The translations under genes were made by a program, and so were the position numbers. A stretch of 63,994 nucleotides of DNA, the filler included, from Octopus bimaculoides (lineage: Eukaryota): assembly GCF_001194135.2 (NCBI RefSeq). It is 4 parts of 3 records of this genome, joined end to end, with 100 filler letters (N's around TTAATTAATTAA, not from the genome) between each part and the next. Parts side by side here need not be neighbours in the genome. Positions count along the whole stretch, not along the records: positions 29,601 to 57,222 come from NC_068987.1; positions 57,323 to 61,790 come from NC_068989.1; positions 61,891 to 63,994 come from NW_026307077.1; 1 more part is not named here. One strand, 5' to 3'. Positions 51,025 to 62,389 of this stretch are shown piece by piece. Each line of letters starts with the position of its first letter. Position 1 is the stretch's first letter. The notes under the pieces were generated by a model, which searched no databases, was not told the origin of the DNA, and saw only the letters and a program-made list of their open reading frames with translations.

Positions 51025-52367
51025 NNNNNNNNNNNNNNNNNNNNNNNNNNNNNNNNNNNNNNNNNNNNNNNNNNNNNNNNNNNNNNNNNNNNNNNNNNNN
51101 NNNNNNNNNNNNNNNNNNNNNNNNNNNNNNNNNNNNNNNNNNNNNNNNNNNNNNNNNNNNNNNNNNNNNNNNNNNNNNNNNNNNNNNNNNNNNNNNNNNN
51201 NNNNNNNNNNNNNNNNNNNNNNNNNNNNNNNNNNNNNNNNNNNNNNNNNNNNNNNNNNNNNNNNNNNNNNNNNNNNNNNNNNNNNNNNNNNNNNNNNNNN
51301 NNNNNNNNNNNNNNNNNNNNNNNNNNNNNNNNNNNNNNNNNNNNNNNNNNNNNNNNNNNNNNNNNNNNNNNNNNNNNNNNNNNNNNNNNNNNNNNNNNNN
51401 NNNNNNNNNNNNNNNNNNNNNNNNNNNNNNNNNNNNNNNNNNNNNNNNNNNNNNNNNNNNNNNNNNNNNNNNNNNNNNNNNNNNNNNNNNNNNNNNNNNN
51501 NNNNNNNNNNNNNNNNNNNNNNNNNNNNNNNNNNNNNNNNNNNNNNNNNNNNNNNNNNNNNNNNNNNNNNNNNNNNNNNNNNNNNNNNNNNNNNNNNNNN
51601 NNNNNNNNNNNNNNNNNNNNNNNNNNNNNNNNNNNNNNNNNNNNNNNNNNNNNNNNNNNNNNNNNNNNNNNNNNNNNNNNNNNNNNNNNNNNNNNNNNNN
51701 NNNNNNNNNNNNNNNNNNNNNNNNNNNNNNNNNNNNNNNNNNNNNNNNNNNNNNNNTATATATACATACATACATACATACATACATACATACATACATA
51801 ATCCGGCTGGATTCCCGGATCCCTTTTCAATATAAACAAACAAATAAATGAATAAATACACACACACAAACACACACACAATACCTACATACATACACAC
51901 ACGTCAATATGTGTGTGTGCGTGCACCTATGTGTGTATGTGTGTGTGTGTGTGTGTGTGCGTGCGTGCGCCTACGTGTGTGTGTGTGTGCGTCTGTTTGC
52001 AGAACAAAAGTGTTCAATATACATGTACAACGAAGTTTGTATTTTGCTCAGAATTTATTTGTTGTTAAGTGATTGTTTCATATCCCCAAAAGCTTCTTGT
52101 TGGCTTGTTGATAGAATATACATGTTGATAAATCTAAGACAAAGGAAATGGAGAACTGGATTGAATATGTAAAGACGTTGCGCGCTTCTGGATTGTTTGC
52201 GAGATTCGGTCACATGATCGTTTCTTTGCTCAGGTGTGTTGTTGATGGTGCTTCTTCATTTTCTGCTTTCGGCACGTATCAAGAACCTCTTCTACTTTGA
52301 ATTCTGGAGTTAATCACGTGGTTGTCGACTTGGTTGGATGTATAAGTCGTTTTCGTCAGATATCAGG

Positions 52368-52422
52368 ATGTCAGGACAGAAAAGCGATTTGAAATTGACC
52401 AGCAAGAAATTTGTATATGACG
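52368..52422 (+). CDS. Candidate first coding exon (MSGQKSDLKLTSKKFVYD-; alternative in-frame ATG at 52338)
   Basis: An ATG inside a CpG-enriched unique block (52130-52420), ending at a perfect donor G|GTAAGT (52423). No homology recognised. Confidence 0.35.
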
Positions 52423-52722
52423 GTAAGTCGTCATATATAAAGAATGTTCTTCAAGAGTGCTATGTTAGATAATGAAAAGTTCTGAGTGAAAAAACTTGGA
52501 AAGGTTTCTATATTCCCGTGCCTTGCTTTTGATAGCTTCATAATAAGAAAACTTACAGTAGTATTTATGAGGGGAACATCACCGGACGGTGTTTTCGATA
52601 ATGTATTCATAGATACCACGATAAAAAAAAAAATGAAGGTCCTAATTACTCTACTTTTAATTGTTCGCATTCGTGTGATGGTAGTGGGGTCGGTGGCTGT
52701 CGTCGTCGTCGTTGTAGCTATT

Positions 52723-53240
52723 GGTGATGGTGGTGGTTTTGGTGATGGTGGTGGTTTTGGTGATGGTGGTGGTTTTGGTGATGTGGTGGTTTTGGTGATG
52801 GTGGTGGTTTTGGTGATGGTGGTGGTTTTGGTGATGGTGGTGGTTTTGGTGATGGTGGTGGTTTTGGTGATGGTGGTGGTTTTNNNNNNNNNNNNNNNNN
52901 NNNNNNNNNNNNNNNNNNNNNNNNNNNNNNNNNNNNNNNNNNNNNNNNNNNNNNNNNNNNNNNNNNNNNNNNNNNNNNNNNNNNNNNNNNNNNNNNNNNN
53001 NNNNNNNNNNNNNNNNNNNNNNNNNNNNNNNNNNNNNNNNNNNNNNNNNNNNNNNNNNNNNNNNNNNNNNNNNNNNNNNNNNNNNNNNNNNNNNNNNNNN
53101 NNNNNNNNNNNNNNNNNNNNNNNNNNNNNGGTGGTGGTTTTGGTGATGGTGGTGGTTTTTGATGATGGTGGTGGTTTTGGTGATGGTGGTGGTTTTTGAT
53201 GATGGTGGTGGTTTTGGTGATGGTGGTGGTTTTGGTGATG
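52723..53240. repeat. 18-bp minisatellite (GGTGATGGTGGTGGTTTT)n spanning a gap
   Basis: A directly visible tandem array with one 1-nt-deleted unit near 52781. Confidence 0.95.
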
Positions 53241-54055
53241 TTTGCGGTCAATTATGTATGCATATATATATTACTTTATCGAATTGTATTTGGTTCTTAA
53301 AATATAGCCATATCGATTTTAGTATCAGATAGACAATTTGAAACAAGCAACACGTTATAACCAAATCTCCAACTTTTGTAATTAATGCATCTCTAAGAAA
53401 CGCGCATTCTTATTATAGTATACGCTTATAAAAACTTCTGATTTTTAAAATTGTTATTTTGTAGGCTCAAAGTATCACATGCACTGAAAAATTGAAAACA
53501 TCGCACCGTTAATTAATTATATGTTTTTTATACAATAAAATACGATGATATCCCACCGGTTGTCATGTGCGAATTATTCTCTATTGTTTTTCTATAATAG
53601 ATTAATATCATAACGTTTAGCACTTTACAATTAACTTTCATTTTTCTACACCAAACTATTGAAACTCTGTAACCTTTATATCCTTTCTTTTCTATTTTAT
53701 CTCCTTTTTTTATTGTTCGCTTTCTGTTTTCTCCATTTTGAAAATAAAACTCTATTAATTTCTATTTAAAACAATATTTAACACAATAAATCCTTTATCC
53801 AAACGCACTTTATTTAACCTCAGTCGCTCTTTTATTTTCTAATCACATGCATCATAATTATTTAGGGATTTTTAAAAAAATCTCTCGATATTTTTAATTA
53901 TTTGAAACAACTTTTCCATGCACTTTGACCGTTCCCCGTCCATATCTTTCGTTCAGTTTATTTTTCATTCTCCACTTCCATTTGTCTTTACTTCATTGTC
54001 TTTCTATTGTTCCTAATATTTAGCAGTCAAAGTTTCTTTACGCAATCGTTTTACC

Positions 54056-54747
54056 CAGCGCTGAATTAACCCATTAAGCAAAATAAGCACGTACTTAGGG
54101 CATCAAGGGACGAGGGCACCATAGAAATGAAAATGGCGGCGAGCTGGCAGAAACGTTAGCACGTCGGGCGAAATGCTTAGCGGTATTTCATCTGCCGCTA
54201 CGTTCTGAGTTCAAATTCCGCCGAGGTCGACTTGGCTATTCATCCTTTCGGGGTCGATTAAATAAGTACCAGTTACGCACTGAGGTCAACATAATCGACT
54301 TAATCCGTTTGTCTGTCCTTGTTTGTCCCCTCTGTGTGTAGCTCCTTGTGGGCAGTAAAGAAATAAGAAATGAAAATGGTTTACTGCACGAAAGAAATCA
54401 CTTTAAATTTGCTAAAATAGTATTTGTAATGCTTTATCTCTACTAAGTTATAGTAGCAGTTTTAAGTAAAATTAATTTTAATGATATCATCGGACAATTT
54501 GCAATTATATAAAAAAAAACGGAGAAAACTTTTCAAATATAAATAAAGTAGAATCATACAAAAAAAAAAACATTGTCTACCATCTTATAAATTTCATTTC
54601 ATTTTGAAAAATTAAAATTTATCTTATGGTTTATTATCGTTTACAATTTGAATTATTTTTGTTTGCATTTTGAACTATTTACACATACTTGAGGGCACCA
54701 AAACCTTTAAATTTCTTACAGCCTCTATGGGTTTTAATCCGGCCCTG
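54056..54747. mobile_element. hAT-type non-autonomous element with 8-bp TSD GTTTTACC
   Basis: TSDs at 54048-54055 and 54748-54755, and degenerate TIRs cagcgctgaattaaccca / cagggccggattaaaaccca. Confidence 0.85.
54135..54365 (+). mobile_element. Full-length SINE family B with 12-bp TSD AGAAATGAAAAT, nested in the hAT element
   Basis: A ggcggcgagctggcagaaacgttagc head and B-box gagttcaaattcc, with TSDs at 54123-54134 and 54366-54377. Confidence 0.9.
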
Positions 54748-55068
54748 GTTTTACCTAAGCTAAATTTATGAATTTTCTACAAGTACTACAAACTACGTAT
54801 CGGCTTTAAAATATTTTCTGGTTTCCCAACAGCGCTAAAGTCACAAGTATATGTAAAGAATATTCTCTCTTGAATCACCACTACTTAACGAATGAAAAGA
54901 TGAAATTGGGAGCCGTATTAAGGAAGTTCAGCTTATATCAAATAATATATTACTCTATGCTTTGCAGTAGTTTTCTCGTGTTTGTATGCATTAACGTGCA
55001 TTCACTCACTTATTGTGCATGCATAGTTCAGACCAGCGTATGTGTGTAGATATATGTATGCTCATACA

Positions 55069-55103
<35 letters not shown>

Positions 55104-56304
55104 NNNNNNNNNNNNNNNNNNNNNNNNNNNNNNNNNNNNNNNNNNNNNNNNNNNNNNNNNNNNNNNNNNNNNNNNNNNNNNNNNNNNNNNNNNNNNNNNN
55201 NNNNNNNNNNNNNNNNNNNNNNNNNNNNNNNNNNNNNNNNNNNNNNNNNNNNNNNNNNNNNNNNNNNNNNNNNNNNNNNNNNNNNNNNNNNNNNNNNNNN
55301 NNNNNNNNNNNNNNNNNNNNNNNNNNNNNNNNNNNNNNNNNNNNNNNNNNNNNNNNNNNNNNNNNNNNNNNNNNNNNNNNNNNNNNNNNNNNNNNNNNNN
55401 NNNNNNNNNNNNNNNNNNNNNNNNNNNNNNNNNNNNNNNNNNNNNNNNNNNNNNNNNNNNNNNNNNNNNNNNNNNNNNNNNNNNNNNNNNNNNNNNNNNN
55501 NNNNNNNNNNNNNNNNNNNNNNNNNNNNNNNNNNNNNNNNNNNNNNNNNNNNNNNNNNNNNNNNNNNNNNNNNNNNNNNNNNNNNNNNNNNNNNNNNNNN
55601 NNNNNNNNNNNNNNNNNNNNNNNNNNNNNNNNNNNNNNNNNNNNNNNNNNNNNNNNNNNNNNNNNNNNNNNNNNNNNNNNNNNNNNNNNNNNNNNNNNNN
55701 NNNNNNNNNNNNNNNNNNNNNNNNNNNNNNNNNNNNNNNNNNNNNNNNNNNNNNNNNNNNNNNNNNNNNNNNNNNNNNNNNNNNNNNNNNNNNNNNNNNN
55801 NNNNNNNNNNNNNNNNNNNNNNNNNNNNNNNNNNNNNNNNNNNNNNNNNNNNNNNNNNNNNNNNNNNNNNNNNNNNNNNNNNNNNNNNNNNNNNNNNNNN
55901 NNNNNNNNNNNNNNNNNNNNNNNNNNTATATATGTACGTACGTATGCATGTGTGTATGTATGTGTGTATGTATGTGTGTATGTATGTCTGTATATAAATT
56001 CACATAGGCTGCACATTTCGTGGTTTTGTATGCATATAGATGGATATCAGCTTTTTCTTTTAATTTATATATAACATGATGTCCTTTTGGAAATGTTTAT
56101 AGCACGAACTAAAGCGCTCGAAAATGAAAGGAAAGCTTATTTTCCCTTTATAGATACATACACAGGACTCGCTATACAAGTGTGACACGAGTTCGTTACA
56201 ACTTCTGACCCCAAACGCCTTCAACTCCATTGATATCTACTCAACGACATTGAACATGACACCCAGAAATCGCGTAACACATACTTTATAAACAACAACA
56301 GTAA

Positions 56305-56359
<55 letters not shown>

Positions 56360-56388
56360 GCAGCAGTAGCAGCAGTAGTAGTAGTAGT

Positions 56389-56441
<53 letters not shown>

Positions 56442-56699
56442 TAGTGGATCGAAACAAACATGGAAAATAAGAGAAGTAAGGAAAATGAAAAAGAATAATA
56501 TGACCGCAGCCACTTGGCTGAAACACATAAATAAATAAATAAATGGGAAGACAGTTTGTTTTATATTTATTTTTTGTCTCTTTATCTCACCAAGTCCCCC
56601 CGTTATCTTCCACTGTACACGTTACACGTATATGTGTATGCGAGTGCTCATATACATATATATATATATATATATACATATATAGATAGATAGATAGAT

Positions 56700-57222
56700 A
56701 GATACATTTCTTTTATTAGCCACACAGGGCTCAACAAAGATGGGACAAATACAATGTAGAGCTTTTCTTTTTGGGAGGGGAAAGGAAAAAACAAACAATA
56801 GGGGTGAGTTGATCAAAAGGGGTCATAGGAAGGGAAAAATGGGGAAGTTCGATCAAAAGGGATCGAGAAAAAAAAAGCGATCAATAGGGATCGTGTATCA
56901 CACAGTAATGTTCTCGTGTAAAAAGAGGGGAGGACAGTTTAGGTGTAGCCGTGGAAAGAAAAGCCTATGGAAAAGACCACGGTAGCCATGGTCAATATTG
57001 TCATTACAGAACCTATAACAGTGAGTGACTCTCTTTTGCCTTCTTGTTTTTTGTCTGGATTTTTTTTTACTCTTTTATAGTGTTATGCTCAAGGTGGATC
57101 CGTCATTCACACGTGCCATCCTTGCTACATTCACCCATCTTTTTTTGAAGCATTCACTAGACAAGACTTCCCTTTCTACTCTCACCTTCCTCTTCAGATG
57201 ATACTTGAAGAAGTTGATGAGA
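56700..57222 (-). mobile_element. 3' end of a Tx1/L1-clade LINE
   Basis: LINFFKYHLKRKVRVEREVLSSECFKKRWVNVARM..ITL* (stop 57075-57077), then a 3' UTR, AATAAA and a microsatellite tail. Confidence 0.6.
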
Positions 57223-57322
57223 NNNNNNNNNNNNNNNNNNNNNNNNNNNNNNNNNNNNNNNNNNNNTTAATTAATTAANNNNNNNNNNNNNNNNNNNNNN
57301 NNNNNNNNNNNNNNNNNNNNNN
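57223..57322. other. Artificial scaffold-joining spacer
   Basis: 44 N + TTAATTAATTAA (57267-57278) + 44 N. Confidence 0.95.
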
Positions 57323-57357
57323 AACGATGATGCTGATGATATATATATATATATATA

Positions 57358-57425
57358 TATAATTATAAACATATAGGGATCAGCATGAGGCAACTCATGC
57401 TGATCCCTATATGTTTATAATTATA
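57358..57425. repeat. Perfect 32-bp inverted repeat with GCAA loop
   Basis: tataattataaacatatagggatcagcatgag-GCAA-ctcatgctgatccctatatgtttataattata. Confidence 0.95.
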
Positions 57426-57529
57426 AATGGTTTACCGATAAAGGTTTTTTTGCATACTGAACTACTTGGCAAAATTGTTAATTATTAATTTTATTAACTA
57501 ATTGGCAATTCTCTGCCCTATATCTATAT

Positions 57530-57912
57530 ATATATAAAATGTTCCTGGACTAGTTTCTATAGTATGCCAACAGATTGCAACACATAGTTGTGTGTGCTGT
57601 GAGAGCTAGCAGTGACCTTCATGAGGCAATGTGCCAAATGTTGTGAAAGTGTGTTTTTGTGATCACTTGTTTACGAATTTTGTCACAGACAGGAAGTTGG
57701 AACAAATAGCAAACATGAAATGAATTGTAGAAGGTCCGACTTGCTTACAGAAAACCACTTCCAGGCCAGATTCCAAAAAGTGGCAGGAACACTGGGCTGG
57801 TGTATTGCTGCGCAAGTTGACTATTTTGAAGGAGATGATGTTAAAATTTAGGTAAATGAGTTATTTTTTATTAAACATAACTAGTCCAGGAACTCTTTGA
57901 TACCACCTCATA
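57530..57912 (+). mobile_element. Internally deleted mariner derivative
   Basis: gttcctggactagt at the left end and actagtccaggaactctttgataccacctcata at the right end are inverted. An internal transposase C-terminus resembles CIAAQVDYFEGD. Confidence 0.7.
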
Positions 57913-59164
57913 NNNNNNNNNNNNNNNNNNNNNNNNNNNNNNNNNNNNNNNNNNNNNNNNNNNNNNNNNNNNNNNNNNNNNNNNNNNNNNNNNNNNNNNN
58001 NNNNNNNNNNNNNNNNNNNNNNNNNNNNNNNNNNNNNNNNNNNNNNNNNNNNNNNNNNNNNNNNNNNNNNNNNNNNNNNNNNNNNNNNNNNNNNNNNNNN
58101 NNNNNNNNNNNNNNNNNNNNNNNNNNNNNNNNNNNNNNNNNNNNNNNNNNNNNNNNNNNNNNNNNNNNNNNNNNNNNNNNNNNNNNNNNNNNNNNNNNNN
58201 NNNNNNNNNNNNNNNNNNNNNNNNNNNNNNNNNNNNNNNNNNNNNNNNNNNNNNNNNNNNNNNNNNNNNNNNNNNNNNNNNNNNNNNNNNNNNNNNNNNN
58301 NNNNNNNNNNNNNNNNNNNNNNNNNNNNNNNNNNNNNNNNNNNNNNNNNNNNNNNNNNNNNNNNNNNNNNNNNNNNNNNNNNNNNNNNNNNNNNNNNNNN
58401 NNNNNNNNNNNNNNNNNNNNNNNNNNNNNNNNNNNNNNNNNNNNNNNNNNNNNNNNNNNNNNNNNNNNNNNNNNNNNACTACTGTTCATATCATCTGTGG
58501 ATAAATTCAAAATTTGATGATATCACCAGTAGTAGCATGGGTGGAACGCAGTTATGATAGCTTTAAGGAGCTATGAAATATCGTAATGATGCTTAATGAG
58601 CATCTACCTGCTAGAAATAAGAGCCAAGTCTTAAATAATCCACCGTAGCGCACCAATATAACAGAGAAAAACATATATATATATATATATATATATAAAC
58701 CCTGTGTTTACAGTTTTATAATTAAATTTTCTCTTCTATTTCCAACTTCTGCCAGCATAGACAAATGGATTTTATGATGTAGTGATGGTGGTAGTTATAG
58801 TTGTAAGAATAACCAGGTGATGGTAGTGGTGGTGGTGATGATGATGATGATGATAGTGGTTATGGTGTTGATAGTGAGGGTGATGATATTGATGTCAATG
58901 TTTTAGTTGTTGCTGTTGTCTCCTTCAGACTGCACCATGAAAATATCTGTATTAGTTATTGATCCCAAATGAAGGGAAGAAGAGGAGGAGGAAGAGGAAG
59001 AGGAGGAGGGAGAGGAGTTGGTCATTGTGGTGATGGGTGGAGGTTATTTTGATAACGTTTGTAATGTTTTTAATTACACTCGTGTGTAAGAAAGAGTCTT
59101 TCTTTCATCTTCTGTTTGTTTGTCACCGGACTGTTGCCAAGCTGTAGCACAACCTTGAAGGGTT

Positions 59165-59451
59165 TTGTGAAACAAATTTACCCCAGTATCATTTCTGAGC
59201 CACTTGGTGACAGGAACGTAAACAAACCAACACCAGTTGTCAAGCTGTGGTGGGAGACAAATATAACACACACACACACACACACCGTACACAAACACAC
59301 ATGTGGTTGTGTGGTTAAGAAGCTTTCTTCCCAACCATGTGGTCTTAGGTTCAGTCCCACTGTGTGGTACCTTGGGCAAGTATCTTCAACTATAGCTCTG
59401 GACCAGCTAAAGTTTATGAATGGATTTGGTAGATGGAAACTGAAAGAACCC

Positions 59452-59483
<32 letters not shown>

Positions 59484-59870
59484 CTTTTATCTTTTCCTTG
59501 TTTCAGTCAGTTAGACTGTGGCCATGCTGGGGCACCACCTTGAAGAATTTTTAGTCGAAAGCATCGACCCTGGTACTTAGTTTAAGCCTGATACTTGTTC
59601 TGTTGGTCTCTTTTGCCAAACTGCTAAGTTATGAGGACAGACACACAAGTAGCTGTTGGAGACAAACGCACACACATGTATGTAAATATGTGTGTGTGTG
59701 TTTATACATGCACACACCATGGGGCTCTTTAAGTTTCCATCTGCCAAATTCACTCACAAGGCTTTGGTTGGCCCAAGGTTATAATAGAAGACACTTGTCC
59801 AGGGTGTCATGAAGTGGGACTGAACCTGGGACCATGTGGTTGGGAAGCAAACTTTTTACCACACAGCCAA
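59165..59870. mobile_element. Cluster of SINE family A pieces (+ tail 59165-59290, + head 59300-59460, - copy 59483-59870)
   Basis: Sequence match to the copy at 60762-61140 in both orientations. Confidence 0.8.
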
Positions 59871-60370
59871 CCGATGTATAAGTGTAGGTGTGTATATACA
59901 TATGTATGTGTGCATGTTTGTGTGTGTGTTTCTGTATTGTTGTGTGACAGTTGTGAGCACATGGCAACATCATATTAGCTCTGTCCTTCATTCCTAATCT
60001 TCTGTGAAAATGTCTGGTCATGAGGATATTACATTCTTTGGGAATTGGCGAGGGTTGGCAACTGGAAGGGCATCTTGCTGTAGATTCACTCGCGTAACTG
60101 GGGATGGGGGTAGGGGGCGGTCCACTCCGGGCGATACTTGTGGGTCTGCTGTGGGCAATATGAGTTTTTTGTGGGGTCCAGCGGGGTGGTTTAGCAAACA
60201 GAAGGGCTGCCCTGGGCAGCACACACTCCAGCTATGCTAGTAGATTATCACCTCAAGAAATTCTGTCTGACCAATGTGGAAAAGTGGGCAGTAATGATGA
60301 TGATGTTTGTGTGTGTGTGTATGTCTGTGTGTGTGTCAATCTATTGATACTATTTATCTTTCTATTACAG

Positions 60371-60445
60371 GTAAGCCTTGCTGTTATGATATTTTGGGAT
60401 ATTTACCTTTTCATGTATTGACCGAGCACCTGTCTTCATATCCAG
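60371..60445 (+). CDS. Candidate 75-nt phase 1-1 exon beginning with GTAAGC (GKPCCYDILGYLPFHVLTEHLSSYP)
   Basis: Acceptor tttatctttctattacag| and donor CAG|GTAAGA. Only the phase-1 frame is open. Confidence 0.4.
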
Positions 60446-60761
60446 GTAAGAACTTCTCGTCGTCGTCGTTGTTATTGTTGTTGTTGTAAATGTTGACAAT
60501 TATGCAACTGTGAAATCATGATGATGTAAATGCTGTGAATAACTGTTTCTAATTTTGGCACAAGGCCAGCAATTTTGGGGGTCGGGGATTAGTCAATGCC
60601 ACCTGCCCTGGTACTCAACTGGTTCTTTATTTTATCAACCTAGAGAGATGGAAGGCAAAGTTAATCTCAATGAGATTTGAACTTGGAATGTAACGAGCCA
60701 GAAGAAATACTGCAAGGTATTCTTTCTAATGCCTCAGTGATTCTGCTAATTAATTATCATA

Positions 60762-61140
60762 GGCGCAGGAGTGGCTGTGTGGTAAGTAGATTGCTTACCA
60801 ACCACCTGGTTCCGGGTTCAGTCCCACTGCGTGGCACCTTGGGCAAGTGTCTTCTACTATAGCCTCGGGCCGACCAAAGCCTTGTGAGTGGATTTGGTAG
60901 ACGGAAACTGTAAGAAGTCCATTGTATATATGTATATATATATGTATGTGCGTGTGTATATTTGTGTGTCTGTGTTTATCCCCCCAACATCGCTTGACAA
61001 CCGATGCTGGTGTGTTTATGTCCCCATAACATATCGGTTCGGCAAAAGAGACCGATAGAATAAGTACTAGGCTTACAAAGAATAAGTCCTGGGGTCAATT
61101 TGCTCAACTAAAGCAGTGCTCCAGCACGGCTGCAATGACT
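60762..61140 (+). mobile_element. Near full-length tRNA-derived SINE family A
   Basis: A ggcgcaggagtggctgtgtggtaag head, ggttcagtcccactgcgtggcaccttgggcaagtg, an internal (TA/GT)n and the family tail. Confidence 0.9.
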
Positions 61141-61466
61141 GTATGTTTTTCCTTGCATTGTTGCCATTATGAAATTTGTAAAGCAAGCAATGCTGAATAT
61201 ACAGCTCACTAAAGTCCTCGTCTTCACTGGCCAGTCAGATGGAACATACACACGCACAGCATTCGTCCACATTAATGTTTGGTCATTAACTCGATGCTGA
61301 TTGGTTGATTCCAAAGAGACCTTTTATTGGCTTGTAAAGTATTTCTGGTATGACATCAGACTACTTACTTGAAAATACGTTACTTTTCGGTACACTTAAT
61401 ATCAAATGGATGTCTTATAAAACTATTCTGCACATACAATAACAGCCATGCCAACATCCAACATAC

Positions 61467-61532
61467 CTCCATCATCAGCTGCCCTACGGCTATCACTGGG
61501 CAGTACCATTCTATCCGGCAGTGTCAACAGCA
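61467..61532 (-). CDS. Candidate 66-nt phase 1-1 exon (LLTLPDRMVLPSDSRRAADDG)
   Basis: Acceptor cacttcttttag| and donor GAG|GTATGT. Only one frame is open. It is on the opposite strand to the 60371 candidate. Confidence 0.3.
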
Positions 61533-61790
61533 CTAAAAGAAGTGTTGTTTGGGAACAAACATGCCATAGATATACTCTTTTACTTGTTTCAGTCATTTGA
61601 CTGCGGTCATGCTGGAGCACCGCCTTTAGTCGAGCAAATCGACCCCAGGACTTATTCTTTGTACGCCTAGTACTCGTTCTATCGGAGGTGGACATTGGAG
61701 TTAGACACTGAGGGAAAATGGCTGTAACTTTTTTATTTTTTAATTTTGGCGATTTTCGTTTTCGATAATGTGTTCTATATGTCACGGTCA

Positions 61791-61890
61791 NNNNNNNNNN
61801 NNNNNNNNNNNNNNNNNNNNNNNNNNNNNNNNNNTTAATTAATTAANNNNNNNNNNNNNNNNNNNNNNNNNNNNNNNNNNNNNNNNNNNN
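61791..61890. other. Artificial scaffold-joining spacer
   Basis: 44 N + TTAATTAATTAA (61835-61846) + 44 N. Confidence 0.95.
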
Positions 61891-62389
61891 TTTGTTATGG
61901 TAGCCTAATGTTTATATTTACGTTATCCTTGAGGCAAAATAAAGTGATGATTATTATTCTTACCGGCATCAGACTGGAGCTGTTGCTGCTGCAGCGTTGA
62001 CAATGTAAGCATCCTATTCTAAAAGCAACAGCTACAGCAACAACAACAACAACAATAACAACTACTACTACTACTTCAGATGTTGATGATGGTATTAATG
62101 ATGTTGATGATGACGATGCTGGTAAGAATAACGGTTTCGAATTTAGACACCAGGCGAGGAATTTTTGAGGTAACGAGGGTAGACAATATCATCGATCACT
62201 AGTGCTTGACAGATACCATACATTATCGATCATGAAAGGATAAAAATTAAAATTTGATCTCAACGGGATTTGAACTCAGGCTGTAAAGAGTTGGAAGAAA
62301 TAGGGTAAAACTATTTTTCCTCCGCTCTTATGTTTCAGCTAAATCGCTACCGTTGTTAATGATGATGATAATGATAATAACAATGGTTT

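Noticed and set aside
52110-52290. KEMENWIEYVKTLR peptide resembling a PH-domain C-terminal helix
   Set aside because: It is a short, isolated resemblance with an in-frame stop just upstream and no preceding beta-strand region. It is more plausibly 5' UTR or uORF of the 52368 candidate.
52723-53240. CRISPR-like array
   Set aside because: The 18-bp units are contiguous with no unique spacers, there are no cas genes, and the context is eukaryotic.
60762-60840. tRNA gene (A/B-box-like heads here and at 43013, 54135)
   Set aside because: The heads run into SINE bodies and tails with multiple diverged copies, and no complete cloverleaf is apparent.
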